Below, in pieces: positions 25,593-38,831 of a DNA stretch of 64,000 nt. The stretch's first letter is position 1. Every line of letters starts with the position of its first letter. The notes under the pieces are model-generated. The model was not told the origin of the DNA. It made no database searches and saw only the letters and a list, made by a program, of their open reading frames with translations. Both the position numbers and the translations under genes were made by a program. Origin of the DNA: Callorhinchus milii (lineage: Eukaryota); assembly GCF_018977255.1 (NCBI RefSeq), contig NW_024704742.1, forward strand, positions 125,986,001-126,050,000, written 5' to 3'.

Positions 25593-25794
25593 TATCTTTA
25601 GTTTTAAAAAAATCTTCCCCAAGGAGCTGCCTAACTGACTATCAATCACACCCACCACCACTCCCCTGTCTCTGTGCCGAGACTGACAGTATTCTCAGAT
25701 GATTGTCAGCGTGCTTCAAAAGCAACTGGAATCCTTTCTTTTTACCATTACCATTTTACCCATAACATTTTACTCTTTCAGTGCTATACTGTAG

Positions 25795-26287
25795 CATACA
25801 AAACTCTGCCGCCTGCATTCTTACCCGCACCAAACTCCGCTCCACGATTACCCCAGTCCTTGCCAGACTGCACTGGCTGCCTGTCCCATAGAGGATCGAC
25901 TTCAAGATCCTCACTCTTGTCTTCAAATCCCTCCACTCCTCTGCACCCCCCCTACCTCTCTGACATCCTCTCTCCTCAAAACAGTGCCCGTTGCCTTCGT
26001 TCCACCGGGTCTGGCCTCCTCCTTGTCCCCCGAGTCCTCCGCGCCACCCTCAGCGGCCGTGCCTTCAGCCACTATGATCTGAGGCTCTGGAACTCCCTTC
26101 CTCGCTCCCTTCGTCTCGCTCCCTCTCTTCCTATTTTCAGCTCTCGGCTGAAGACCTTTCTTTTCGACTGCGCCTTTGGTCACCTTCCTCCCCCTCCCCC
26201 TGGCTCAGCCCCAGGATCTGTTACTGTAAAGCGCTCTGAGACACCGTCCAGCGTGGAGGGCGGGTTTTAAATTCGAGTTGTTGTTGT
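25795..26287 (+). mobile_element. L2 LINE 3' fragment (different 3'-end subfamily)
   Basis: GRAFSHYDLRLWNSLP.SLRLAPSL..F.SRLKTFLF. Ends GCGCTCTGAGACACCGTCCAGCGTGGAGGGCG...(GTT)n; the same end occurs alone on the minus strand at about 20875-20940. Confidence 0.85.
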
Positions 26288-27509
26288 AGCTTGCTTGGAT
26301 TTCCAGAAGGCATTTCTAAACATCCACATGTGAGACTTTTACACAGTGCTAAAGCTGATGGTGTTAAATGCAAATGAGCTATTTGGATTTAAGACAATAA
26401 GTCTTAACAATAGGAAGCAGAGAACAGTGATAAATGAAAAGCATTAGTTTGGAGATAGTGAGCAGAGGAATTGCACAGGAAGTCTTTGCTGTTCGTACTG
26501 GTTATAAACGACTTGGGGGACAGCGCTTCTTGTAATAGTATAAATTTTGCTGAGTAGACACTTTAATAATATAACAAGGTTAAATAGAATTCTGGAAAAT
26601 ATGGAGCAATTCAAATGATAGACAAATTATACTTTGTGGGCCAAAAGGAGTTGGAGATGGATTTATATGTAGGTAAAGGCAATACATGTTGGACCAAGAA
26701 ACTGTAAACACATGTCCATAATAAAGGCCATCAGTAGAGGTGGAGAAGAAAAACTATATGGATGTAAATATTGATCAGGAACTGAAGGTTTCCCGTCAGT
26801 GTTATGCTGCTGTCAACAACGCCAATTCTTGCATTCTATTCTTGCATCTTAAGAGCATTTGGCTATAAATAGAAGGAACTTGCTATAACCTTGTCAAGCT
26901 ACATTGGATTACTAGGGCCTAAAATGCAGCATTCGCTAATAGGATTTCTTAATAGGGAGTCTGAGTGGGAATTCCCAACAGGAAGCATGTCACGCAGACT
27001 TGTGTGGTCTACATTCTGAGCGTAGATGTCACCAGAGTATTGTTCCCACAAGTTGTCCTGACGCACGTAAGCTTTCCTTATTAAGGAATCCTCGTATCAA
27101 TCGTTATGTTGTGTTTGATTTTGGAGGACACCCTACCTCCCAAGGACATTGGCGCAATGGAGATTGTTCAGCGAAGATATACAAGGCTGTTTCTAGAATT
27201 TATTGCTCTGTGTTATGAACTACTAACCACCTCATGAGAGGGCAATGCAGGAGAGGGGGAAGGGGTGGTGGAGGAGGGGGAGACACCTGACAAAGAGAGA
27301 CAGAAAAAGTCTCAATTTCCAGATCCAGTGCACTGGTGACAATTTTAAGAGAGGTTTGCTGACCTGGAGATGTCATTTTCATGGAGCGGGGATTGGGGAA
27401 GAGAGGCTTGTGACTTTTAATTAAAAGGTGAAGACACTGGAGAGAGGGAGGGGCATGGGTGGGTTTGGGCAAAATTTAATCGCAAGACTTTTTGAAAGGA
27501 TTATGTTTC

Positions 27510-27975
27510 ATGCCTGGTCTCTGCAAGGGGCCTGCACAGGTCCAGAAGTCTGTGCAGAAGAGAGCAACGATTATGATCTCCAGTGTTAGAGGAATGAGCA
27601 ATGATAACACAAGCAAGGTATCTTCAGTCTTGAAAGGGGATGCCTCAAAGAGGGAACCTTGCAGAGGTGTACAAGATTTTAAAAGGGATTGAGAAAATGA
27701 AACCAGAACAATACTTCAGCTGCACCTCTTGCCAAACAAGAGGACACAGGTTTAAGTTTGTGAATAGCAATTTCAGAACAGACAGCAGGAAATATTTCTT
27801 TACCCAGATTGTAATTAATGACTGGAACAGGTTACTGGGAAAGGTGGTTGAGGCCAGGATACATTTAAAAAAATCCCTATGATTTTGATAGGAAGACATT
27901 AGGATGCGTATTTTGAAAAGATGAGATCAAATGGGGTGAAGGGCCTTCTTCATCTGAACCGATCTTCTGATGACG
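27510..27975 (+). mobile_element. CR1 LINE 3' fragment
   Basis: VQKRATIMI, RGNLAEVYKILKG, TRGHRFK, RKYFFTQIVINDWN. Related copies at 42340-42615 (+) and 60450-60720 (-). Confidence 0.8.
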
Positions 27976-29692
27976 TAAATCTTGCCTGAAGTATAACCAG
28001 CATTATCCTTTCAGCCTGGCATATTGCCCAAAGTTGCTCAACCTTTTTTGTTCATGAGAGCCTGATCCAAGCCTTATTGAAATAATCAGATATGCAGACA
28101 ATGTAAATAGATGCAAACAGAATATTATACTTAAACCATGAGAGCTCAACTGAAGGTCATTGTTTAAAAACTTGAAAATATCGAACAAAACTATAGGTGA
28201 TTAGAGTATATTTTGTCACAGAGAAGTGGATGTGTGGAACAAACTCCTATCAAAAGAAATTGATTCTGCATTAAATAACTCCACACAAAAAAGAATTGAT
28301 TAATTATCTGTCTGAGGACTATAATAACAATTATAACCCTTGCATTTGATATAGCGCCATATCACATTGTCAAAACATCTCAAAGTGCTTCACAGGATTT
28401 ACTGTTGAGAGAAGTGACTGTATTTTTCAGGCAAATGCCACAGGCAATTTTCACACGGAAATGTCCCACAACAGCCATGAAGTGAATGACAAATTTTATC
28501 TGGGGGAATGTTGGCCAGGACAGCAGGTGTAGAGAGTAAATGTAAATAATGCCTCATTTTTGAGTAATGAAACTGGACCTTTTTTTGCATTTTAGAATTT
28601 TACACATAACAGGCACAAAATACCATTCAGTTGTAGCCTGTACGGGCATTTTGTCTTACAACTGTAGATTTCGCAGAAAATCTAGCCTCAATTTGGAAGC
28701 CAGTTTTCTGTAGTTCTGAAGAGAAGTGGCTTCTAAATTAAAGTAGAATTTAAGATTTTTCCATTAATTCTGTATGACTTTAAATTTCAGGACAAAATAG
28801 TCTCACAGGCTAAAACTAGGGAGAACTTGAAGCCTTAGATGTGCTATTATATACCACTATCTGTTGAGGGTTAAATGCAGACTATGGTGATACCTGCCAT
28901 TTGCCGCATTGGCAAAGGTATTGCGTGTTATGCTGACATACATGTATTATGCACCATGTGTAAACCATGTGTAAACACCCACGCAGAGGAAATTGCAGAT
29001 GCCCTTAATTATCTCAATTAACAAAAATGTATTAAATATGTGATAACAATCAATCCTGTTCAATGGTTGTTAAATAGATAATTAAGTGCCTGTAATTTGC
29101 TTGGTACACTTGGGCTTACATATGGTTTGCACATGGCTCTCAATACATTCAAATATTGTTATGTTGAATTATTATTCATACTATTTATTTTAGGATTTCT
29201 TACAATTATGCAAAATAGCTTGTAGATTTGAAGCTGTGTTAATCTTCCTTTGGATTTCAGAGTTTCAAATGATGATTTAACTTGGTCATTATAGCATGAC
29301 CCCTAGTGGTAGCCTCACTCAGTGCTGCAGAACTCCTTTTGGAACATGGTATTTATAATGAGTTGTGTGGTAATTGGCCTGTAGGGAGGAATTTTGAACA
29401 GAATGAGTTATCTCATCATTACCAGTGAGGAGCTGTAATGTACTGAGAGAATGAGAGAGTCTTTGGGAAAGAGGTGTCTGCCATTTACTGTTTCAGAAGA
29501 GAAATAAAGAGATAATGTGTCTCACTGTTTACAGGGATGGTTCAGCTCCCTGTTTACAGAAGTGGTGTGTCTCATCCTTTACATGGATAGTAGTTTAGCT
29601 ACTGTAATTGTGTGAGATTTAAGAATGCAGACCTGGTAATAATAATAATAATCCTTGCTTTGATATAGTGCATTATCAGTAGTTGGAATAAC

Positions 29693-29912
29693 ATAATAAT
29701 AATAATAATAATAATCCTTGCATTTGATATAGCGCTTTTCACGTCGGGAGGACGTCCCAAAGCGCTTCACAAAACACACTGTAAAGTGAATTGACTGTAT
29801 ATTTGTGGGCGAACGCGGCAGCCAATTGCGCACAGCAATGTCCCACAAACAGTCGTGGATTGAAAATGACCAATTTATTATTGTTTTTTGTTTTGTTTTG
29901 GAGGGATTATTA
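29693..29912 (-). mobile_element. Young tRNA-derived SINE, 5'-truncated
   Basis: (TAA)n-TCCTTGCATTTGATATAGCGCTTTTCACGTCGGGAGGACGTCCC plus body; no tRNA head. Confidence 0.88.
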
Positions 29913-30603
29913 GGGGTCGGTATTGGGACCACTGATGTTTTTGATCTGTATAAATGACCTGGACTTGGGTATAGGGAGTACAATTTCCATGTTTGCAGAT
30001 GATACTAAGTTAGGAAAAGTAATAAACAGTGAGGAGGATAGTAGCAGTCTGCAAGAGGACATAGACAGACTTATAAAATGGGCAGACACATGGCAGATGA
30101 AGTTTAATGTGGAGAAATGCAAAGTGATGCATTTTGGGAGGATGAGGAGAGGGATATATAATGGTAGAATCTTAAAGTGGGTGAAGGAACAGAGAGACCT
30201 GGGGGTTCATATAAGTAAATCTTTGAAGGTGGCAGAGAAGGTTAAGAGGAGACTTAATATGGGGGATTTGATAGAGTGGACAAGGAGAACCTATTTCCAT
30301 TGGCGGGTGGGTCGGTAACCCGAGGACACAGATTTAAAATAGTTGCTAAAGGGACGTAGGAAAAAAATTTTGACACAGCGAATTGTTCGGATCTGGAATG
30401 CATTGCCTGAAAGCGTGGTGGAAGATGATTCGATAACAACTTTTAATAAAGAAGTAGATAATTATTTGGGGAGGAAACATTTGCAGGGCTATGGGGAGAG
30501 AGCGGGGGAGTGGGATTCATTTGGTTAGCTTTTTTCAAAGAGCTGACAGACACAATGGGCCGAATAGCCTCCTTCTGTGCTGTATATTTCTATGATTCTA
30601 TGA
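29913..30603 (+). mobile_element. CR1 LINE RT and 3' end with an internal deletion
   Basis: GPLMFLICINDLD...MFADDTKLG...WADTWQMKFNVEKCKVMHFG...EQRDLGV, an abrupt jump near 30248 to the C-terminal region, and a TTCTATGATTCTATGA tail. Confidence 0.9.
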
Positions 30604-31844
30604 ATATGGTGCCATGGAGGAGCAATGCAAGAGAGTTTAAAGAGAGTTCTGTATTTTGGACAAAGTGGTGCACAGCAATTGAACATGGAAGGTTATATAG
30701 TATATCACTGCATATTTTACTGATAATGGCATGATTACATTGACAAAAAGTTGCTTTCATCTGTTTTATGTTAAATCTTAAAACAACCATTTATTCCTAA
30801 CACTGGATCCAAGGGATTGTTTGATAGGAGAGCAGAAGTTCATTGCTCTAACATATGTGTACTGCACCCAAGGCATGTACTGATTCAAGAGGGAATTGAC
30901 AACAATGGGGATTTGTGGGGAAAGTGAGACAGAGACATACTTCTATGACTTCTGTCTATTGACATCTGAAATGGACCAAAATGAGATTTCCATTACCCAC
31001 TTCATCCATTCTTATAATTAAAAACAGCCCAAATTACACTGAATTATGGCTACTATTGGTCTGATAGAGCAGATCAGCATGGTGACCTACAGTTAACTAA
31101 TAGAGTCGATTTGGAGTTTCTATTCAACGATCCTGTTTGAAACCACTGCATATGATCATTATATCACTATATTCCTCGCAAATTATACCATGCAGATGCA
31201 AGTAAGGGAGCTCACACTAAATGGGATGATATAGAATGTGCTATATTTTGTGTGAAATTGAGGCTGTAAATGAGAGTAATTGTTATTGCTCCCCAATGCT
31301 ATTTACAAAGTAAACTACTACAACGAATCTATTGCTGTTAGATTTTCATTTACTTGTGCTAATTTATGCTCAAGTTTTATAAGTATGTCCCTTTATGGTT
31401 AAATGGATGAATTTCATTGATAAATATATGATAGAATGTATGAAAAAACTACAGAATACAATTTGAAATTTCATTCAGTCGTTTAAATATGAATAAGGCT
31501 TCTTGCTACTAAAGTGATTGTAACTGATGGAAGTAGTTTCATACAACAAAGAGCCAAGGTCAGTCCCTCAAATCTCTAGTGCTAAATCACAAATATCCTC
31601 AGAACTAGACACATTGGGAGCCAAATTGTTATTTTCTGTATAATTTTGCTTTGTCTTATTAATAGATGTTTTTAAATTAAATTGCAAAATAATGCAGTTT
31701 TAATAGGTAAACTATATTAGATACTCTGTTGCTACTCTTAGTGTCTAATAATCTGCATGGTTTATGGAAACAGAATGGTACCACAGTCTGATGTTGTTAG
31801 GTCTATTTTCTCTTGGAACAGAATAATAATCCTTGCATTTAATA

Positions 31845-32170
31845 TAATAATAATAATCCTTGCATTTGATATAGCGCTTTTCACGTCGGGAGGACGTCCC
31901 AAAGCTCTTCACAGAACACACTGTAAAATGAATTGACTGTATATTTGTGGGCGAACGCGGCAGCCAATTGCGCACAGCAATGTCCCACAAACAGTCGTAG
32001 ATTGAAAATGACCAATTTATTATTCTTTTTGGTTTTTTGGAGGGATTATTATTAGGCTCTGTGTGGAGTAAGGAAACTTGCCCAAGGTTTCGCCCTCTGC
32101 CTGGAATTGAAATCGGGTCTCTCACTTGCAAAGCGAGTGCTCTAACCACTGAGCTACAGGACTCCACAAA
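31845..32170 (-). mobile_element. Young tRNA-derived SINE, short form, full length, inserted into the tail of an older SINE
   Basis: Reverse complement of the 1680 copy. The host tail AATAATAATCCTTGCATTTAATATA lies to the left and the host body continues from about 32171 to 32750. Confidence 0.9.
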
Positions 32171-32359
32171 TATACCTTAGCACGTTGAAACATCTCAAAA
32201 TGCTTCTCAGTAATTATTGCTAAGCGTATTGACTGTATTTGTAGGTGAACACAGCTACCAATTTGCATATAGCAGTGTTCCACAAATAGCCAGTTAGTGA
32301 CTTGAGGAATGTTCAGCGCACTAAGAGAAGCATCTTTTCTTTTCAAAGGCTTTTTTTCA

Positions 32360-32612
32360 CCATTGGCGGGAGAGCCTTCAGCCACTCTGCCCCAACCTCA
32401 GGAATTCCATACCCCAATCACTCCACCTCGCCCCCTCCTTAGCCTCCTTCAAGTCCCGCCTCAAAACCCTCCTCTTCAATCATGCCATCGGTCACCCCCC
32501 TTCCCCTCCCTTCTCCCCACGACCCCAGCTCGGGTCTGAAATGCTGTCTAGTGCCTTGGGACGTCCTCCCAACGTGAAAGGTGCTATACAAATGTAATCT
32601 TGTTGTTGTTGT
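32360..32612 (+). mobile_element. L2 3' end inserted in an old Deu SINE
   Basis: Same 3' UTR as 4578-5100. CCTTGGGACGTCCTCCCAACGTGAAAGGTGCTATACAAATGTAATC(TTG)n. TTCAAA occurs near both junctions. Confidence 0.85.
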
Positions 32613-33171
32613 TCAAATAGTGCTATGGATTCTTTAACATTCACCTGAACAGGCAAATGGGACCTCGACTTAATGTCCCATCCAAATGATTGCACCTGCA
32701 AGAATGCAGTACTCCTCCAACACTGCACTGGAGTGTCAGCCTAGATTGTGAGCTGTTGAGCTAAAAGTCCACAAACTAGGAGCACTGAATGAGGGAAACA
32801 TAGATTGTTAGTCAGTGGGGGCTTGATAATACGTTTGATTCAATGTGGTTGCAGGTTGACCTAATAAACCATCTATATGAGTCCACAGGGCAAAACAAGT
32901 CACAATTCAGCATAATGTGGACAATGTTTACTGTCATAAGAATGGATGAGGGGCTAATGGACATGCCATCCTAATCTATATTCAGTGGCAGTGGGCGGAA
33001 GTTGTAGGAATGTGCAGAATTGGAAGAGAATCTGACCGGTCCAATTTTCAAACACTGTACCATCTTTCCACTTAACCCCTAACTTCCCATTACTATCAAA
33101 TTGTTATCAAATTCCCCCTTGAAAATGCCCAAACCACCCACCTTCACTGCCTCCCAGGGCAGACTGTTCCA

Positions 33172-33402
33172 TATAATAATAATCCTTGCATTTGATATAG
33201 GGCCTTATCATGTCTTCGAGACATCTCAAAGCACTTCACAAAATAGTAATAAATCATAATAATCCTTGCAATTTACTGTAAAGTGAATTGACTGTATATG
33301 TTGTAGGTGAAATGAGGCAGTCAATTGCGCACCACAGTATCCCACAAACAATCATGGATTAAGTGACCAAATTATTATTTACATTTTTTTAAGGGGTTAT
33401 TC
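33172..33402 (-). mobile_element. tRNA-derived SINE 3' half
   Basis: (TAA)n-TCCTTGCATTTGATATAG tail and Deu-like body. Confidence 0.75.
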
Positions 33403-35775
33403 AATTTAAATTGTCTATTAGTGCTCCCTCTTTGGCATTTGAAGCCATTATCCCTTGTAGATTGTGTTGAATAAGGTCTGGTTTGGATAATCTAAAGCAG
33501 GATGATGGGTTTCTGCATGTGTCAGACACCCGGCTGTTCAAAATATGCAGAGTTTGTCACCGAGCCAGGGAGAGTGGGGAGGTGACCATGGGCATGATCG
33601 AAGGTGAAGGTCTCCAGGTATGAAGATGGACAAGGAACTATATCAGTATAGCTATATAAGCTACAATGGCCCTATATCAAATGCAAGGATTATTATTACT
33701 AAATTCTGAGCTGAACCCATTAGTTCTGTTCTGGGGGATCTCTACTATCTGCCCGTGCTGCTAGATCAGTTCTGAAAACTTTTTCCATCAATACAATACA
33801 ACTTCCATTGATATAGTGTCTTTCAAATCACAAGAACATCTCAAAGGTGTTTTACAAAGTTGGATGTGCACCCAGGGCTAGGTTGGGTGGGGATCCGGGA
33901 GGGGTTGGCGGTAGAGGAAAAGATGCCCGTAATGTTCAAGGCTCCCTTGGATCAAGGCTCCCTTGGATCAATGCCCCCAATTTGATCTTTTGGAATCCTT
34001 CAGCTTGCCATTGAACAGTTCTGCTCTATACTTGGGTCATATTACTAGCTGAAGAAAAGAGTTGGATTACATCTGTGGATTTAAATTGATGCATTCAGTA
34101 GATAGTCATTTTCACTAAATAAAGAAATCAACTGAGAAGTTGGGTTGTTTACGATCCTCAAATGAAGCACCCAAGTTCAGGTAAGGTATTGAATTCTGAT
34201 TTAACTCTTTCTATTGAGGAATGCTTGATACAGTCACAAAGTGCAGAAAGTACAGTGGACCTTATTACATTCACCCTTTGAGTGAAAAACTTCACAAATT
34301 CATTAATTTCAGGAATCCCAATACCTGCTCCTTACACCGTTGAAAAGAGGAGCAGGAGCTATTTAGCACAAAGGGAAGAAGTTGTTCCCCAGCTGAATTC
34401 TCTGTGTGTTAACTACCAACTAATTTCAATTATTCATTTTTCCTTCAGGCCAATAACGTTTCAACGATTCATTGTTCATTATCATTACCTGCTTCCACTT
34501 GGCTGAACTACACATTCATGTGTAATGAAGAAGTGGATTTTAATATGTTTATCCTGTGAGTTTTGTTTTTGTTGGAGCGGGAGCAGGGCTCACAGCAAAC
34601 AAAATATCGGAAGAAGCACTTTCTGAACAATGACGTACTTGTTGGTTATAATTTATGTTGAATTGATCCTGGGAGTTGCAGCTTTATCAGTTCTGATTAT
34701 GAACCTTAAATGTTGCATTCTGTTTGCATTCAGCCTTCAGGAAATTAAGTGAAAAAGATAGGAACTTCCTCACAGAATAACATTCAGTTGTAGGTCCCTG
34801 GGTCAAGCAAATGTTTTTTCTCAGTCTATCAGTTTGCCAAATTTATTAGTCTCTTGATTTTACTTTACTTTTTTGCATTGCAACAACAATGTAGGACAAT
34901 CAGCCGGAATTCACCAAGATAGCTGGGTGTTACAGTGTGAAGATCTTTATGGCTGTCCTCAAATAGCTAAGTGCAGAAGCTTTGTTAATGTGTGTTCTGG
35001 TGCTATCTCACAGTGTCATTGGAGTCTGAAATATAGGTTAGGCTAAGCCCATAGGTTAACCATTCTGTGATTCTGTGTTCATATAGGTGCAGAAGCCCTT
35101 ATAATTTGTGATTAATGACCTATCATTGGTGGTTGACCTTTCAGCCACAATGTTCTGGAACTCCCTCTCTACCTCTTTGGCTGTGTCCTCAGACACCTTC
35201 TCCCATTTCCCCCAACTCCCAATTTGTTCGGTAACCCACAGTGGACATGTTATTCTATTTGAAATAGTTGTAGAAATAATTCTGGCATTTGATAAAGTGC
35301 CTCTAATGTTGAACCATTGCAAAGCATTTGACAGAGAATTGCTATCAAGTGAAGTGACTGTTCTTGTATAGAAATGTGGCAACCATTTCACTCACAGCTA
35401 GGCCCCAGCAAAAAGCCATGTGACTAATTGATCCAGAGAATCAGTGGTCAGGACACCAAGAGAAACTTCCTTTTCTTATCATATAGTCGTGTTGTGGGTT
35501 CTTAAAACTCATCTGACCAGGTTTATGGAACAGGAATAAGTTTAAGTTGTTGTTGATGTTGAAAAGGACTGCAGAATCACTTGTAATGTTTTTCATTGGT
35601 AATTGTACAACTGACTGCTCCTGCATGATAGAAACATGGTTATGGGCTATTAGTCCAACATTTTAGACCCCAACATTGTTGTACTGCACTTAACGATGAA
35701 AGGCGTTTTTTGCATAGATGTCAATTTAAATGTGTGCGACAAAATGTACTAAAGAAAATGTATATTAAATACTAA

Positions 35776-36009
<234 letters not shown>

Positions 36010-36049
36010 TAGTCAATGATTTTGTCATTCAAGGATCTTTTATTAATAA

Positions 36050-36490
36050 CGACTGGATAAACTGGTTTGTTTTTCCCTGGAAAAGAGAATCTAAAGAGGA
36101 CACCTGATAGTGGTCTCTTAAATTATGGGGAGTTTTAATAAAGAAACCAAGAAGAAATTATTTCCATTGATCAATGAGTCAGAACTTGATGAGGGCATAG
36201 GATTAAAATAATTACCAAAAGAACAAAGGGAGGAAACACTTTTTTATGCTGGGGGTTTGTTAACATTTGGAACATTTGATCTGGAACCATGGTTGATGCA
36301 GTATCCACACAAGCTTTAAGAGGGAATTAGATAAATATCTGAAAGGGAGAAGTATAAAAGGGTATTGCCAAAAGGGCTGGGGTTAAAGAGTTAATGTTAG
36401 CAATAGATTATTTTGACGAGCCAGCATAGGCACAATGGGCTGAAGGGCCTCTTTCCATCCTATAAATTTCCACAGTTCTATCTCTATGCC
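36050..36490 (+). mobile_element. Decayed CR1 3' end immediately downstream of the S5 exon
   Basis: GLFSLEKR..RGHLI..LKIMG-like remnants, GGGCATAGGATTAAAAT and GGCACAATGGGCTGAAGGGCCT 3' UTR. A similar fragment lies at 41050-41410. Confidence 0.7.
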
Positions 36491-38831
36491 GGGATAAAAT
36501 GTAACACATAGTTGGTCTTGATTTCTCACTTTGAATGGATGTTTTAAAGAGAAAAGAGATACTTGGGGAGTCAGTATTTCAAGGCGTATGGGGAAAAGGA
36601 GGTGAAAAGGGGATTAAAAGATCTGCCATATTCAGGACTCGACAGGATGAATGGCCTCCTGTTCCTATGTTCTATAGTTTAGCATTTACGGCCCGTCAAG
36701 AGCATATTCTTTCTCTGAGATGTTTCCTACTGTTAGTTCTTTCAGTGCCATTGCACTAGTTTGTGATATTATGTTCCTGATTTATATAGTGACTGCAGAA
36801 TAATGGCACACCTAGTACATGAGAGCAGCATGCCTGAGACGAGCAGAGCTTTGGATAATGGAGCAAAAATTGCTGAGCCCACAATTTTATTTTAAACTTA
36901 ATTTCTCATGTTATTTTTCCCCATGCTCGCGGTCTAATTCGTTATCTATTTATATCGCCTTGACACTGGGTTAAGAAAAATAGCACACAGTGGAGGGGTT
37001 GCAGGCCTGGCACCCTGTTTGTTTTATGAAAAGAAAAGATAAATTAGTACCACACACCAGAATACTTCTTACCCGCTACAGTCAGGCAGAAGAACTGTGC
37101 AGCTGGATGTGACAAGATTAGGAAAACTGAGAGGGAGCAGTAGACAGAAATCATTACATTGTGTTCCACATAAATTTTTGTTAATGAGTGCATTTGTCGA
37201 ACCAAACCCCAAACTTCTTAATGATAAACTGTAATCCAAAATTTGGTTTGGGTTAATTAATGACAGTACAACTGAATAACATGGAGAGAGCTTAAGACAA
37301 TAGAGTCCGTACACAGAAATCAGTTTTGATATTATTAGAATTATGGCGATGGAAATTTGTGGCCTTTCTTAATAACATTCAATGAATAAGGACATGGAGT
37401 TGCACAAATGGAGGCTTCTTCTAGTAACTGGAATAATTGGTTCGTGTGGGGTATAAACATCGGCATGGACGAGTTGGGATGATTGGCATGTTTCAGTGCT
37501 GGAGATTCTATGTAATTCACAATGACCTGGGGAGACTTTGGCTGAACCCAATCTGCTTCCGGAACTGAGTTTCCATGGATTGAGGGCTAATCTAATGTAA
37601 TTCTGTATTAAGGAACAACATAAATAAAGCGAGGAAAATAAGACCTCTTTAAACTTAACGTATGAAGAGCTTAATGGGGATAAAAGCCCATTGATATATT
37701 GTGTACAAGTTGGGTTGAAAATTGAAGGAGAAAAACACCAGCCCCTTTGCTGCACTTCAGAAAGCACCAGTACCCATTCATGTCAGTAAGAAGCAGAAAA
37801 GCTTTGTCTTAGATCTTGTATCTAGTCATAGTTTTTCTCTCCCTTTTGTTGGATGGAGTCCACATTGGAAGATTGGGTGTTTAACTTTAACAGAAGCCAA
37901 GTTCATGCCAGCCTTTGCCTGCACAGTAACACTTATTCGGCTCCATTCAAGGCACATTTCAGGCCATGTTTATGTTGTTTCTTTTTAATATGTGCATCAC
38001 AATTACAATTTTCTCCCACAAAATACATAGTCAATCCATTTTACAATATATTTTGAGAAGACTCAACCACGCGATAAGGTGCTATATCAAATGCAAGGAT
38101 TATTATGATTATTATGACAATAGTAAATTGAGTTACTTTGGGTTCTCCATGTACGGCGATGTCTTGGAACACTTAACACGGACTGAGTTGGACACCAAAC
38201 AAGAGAGAGGAGGGGTGCACTACAACAGCTTGAATTTATATAGTGCCCTTCATGTAGAATAAAGTCTCGGAGCACTTTATAGTGCTGTGGACAGAATTAA
38301 GCGAAGGGGAGGGGAGAAGGAGGAGGTGACCATAAACGCAGTCAAAGGGATAGATTTAACCTTCAGATGAAAAAAATGCACTCAATTGGCCTATGTATTG
38401 AGAAAAATAATTTGGGAAAACAATCGCACACCTTTCCGGAGTTTGGTTTTTTATGTTCATTAGGCAAGCACAAACATCACATTATATATGGCACGGATCT
38501 CTGAGGGATAATGATGGCCTCTATTCATCATCCAGAAATAATTCCCCACAGCACACAGTACGTGCAGCAGTGGGAGCAAGAGAAATTACAACTCCCACAC
38601 TTAGGGCAGAACGGTTCTGAAGTGTCTGTTTTTCAAGTGTGACTGAAGCTGTTAGCTAAAGATCTGCTTGTTTACAGTCATTATCTGCAGTGTGAATTTA
38701 GCTGTGTTTGCATTTTCCATCGCTACCGGGTTCCTATTTGCTTTGACTCAGTTTACCCCTTGAGATGAAACCCCATTCAGTCTTGGCCTGTGAGACATTT
38801 TATATTAAGATTTAAGATTACGCAGATTTAT

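Larger units (their letters stand above)
24750..26910 (+). mobile_element. Old CR1 RT fragment split into two parts (about 24750-24988 and 26288-26910) by later insertions
   Basis: Left part encodes PGNYRSIYLTYVV. Right part resumes TTGGATTTCCAGAAGGCATTT (LDFQKAF), with later KQRTVIN and KFA remnants in the expected RT order. Confidence 0.6.

Noticed and set aside
33936..33971. 16-bp tandem duplication TCAAGGCTCCCTTGGA x2
   Set aside because: Ordinary slippage duplication; similar ones occur near 5519, 39822 and 49092.
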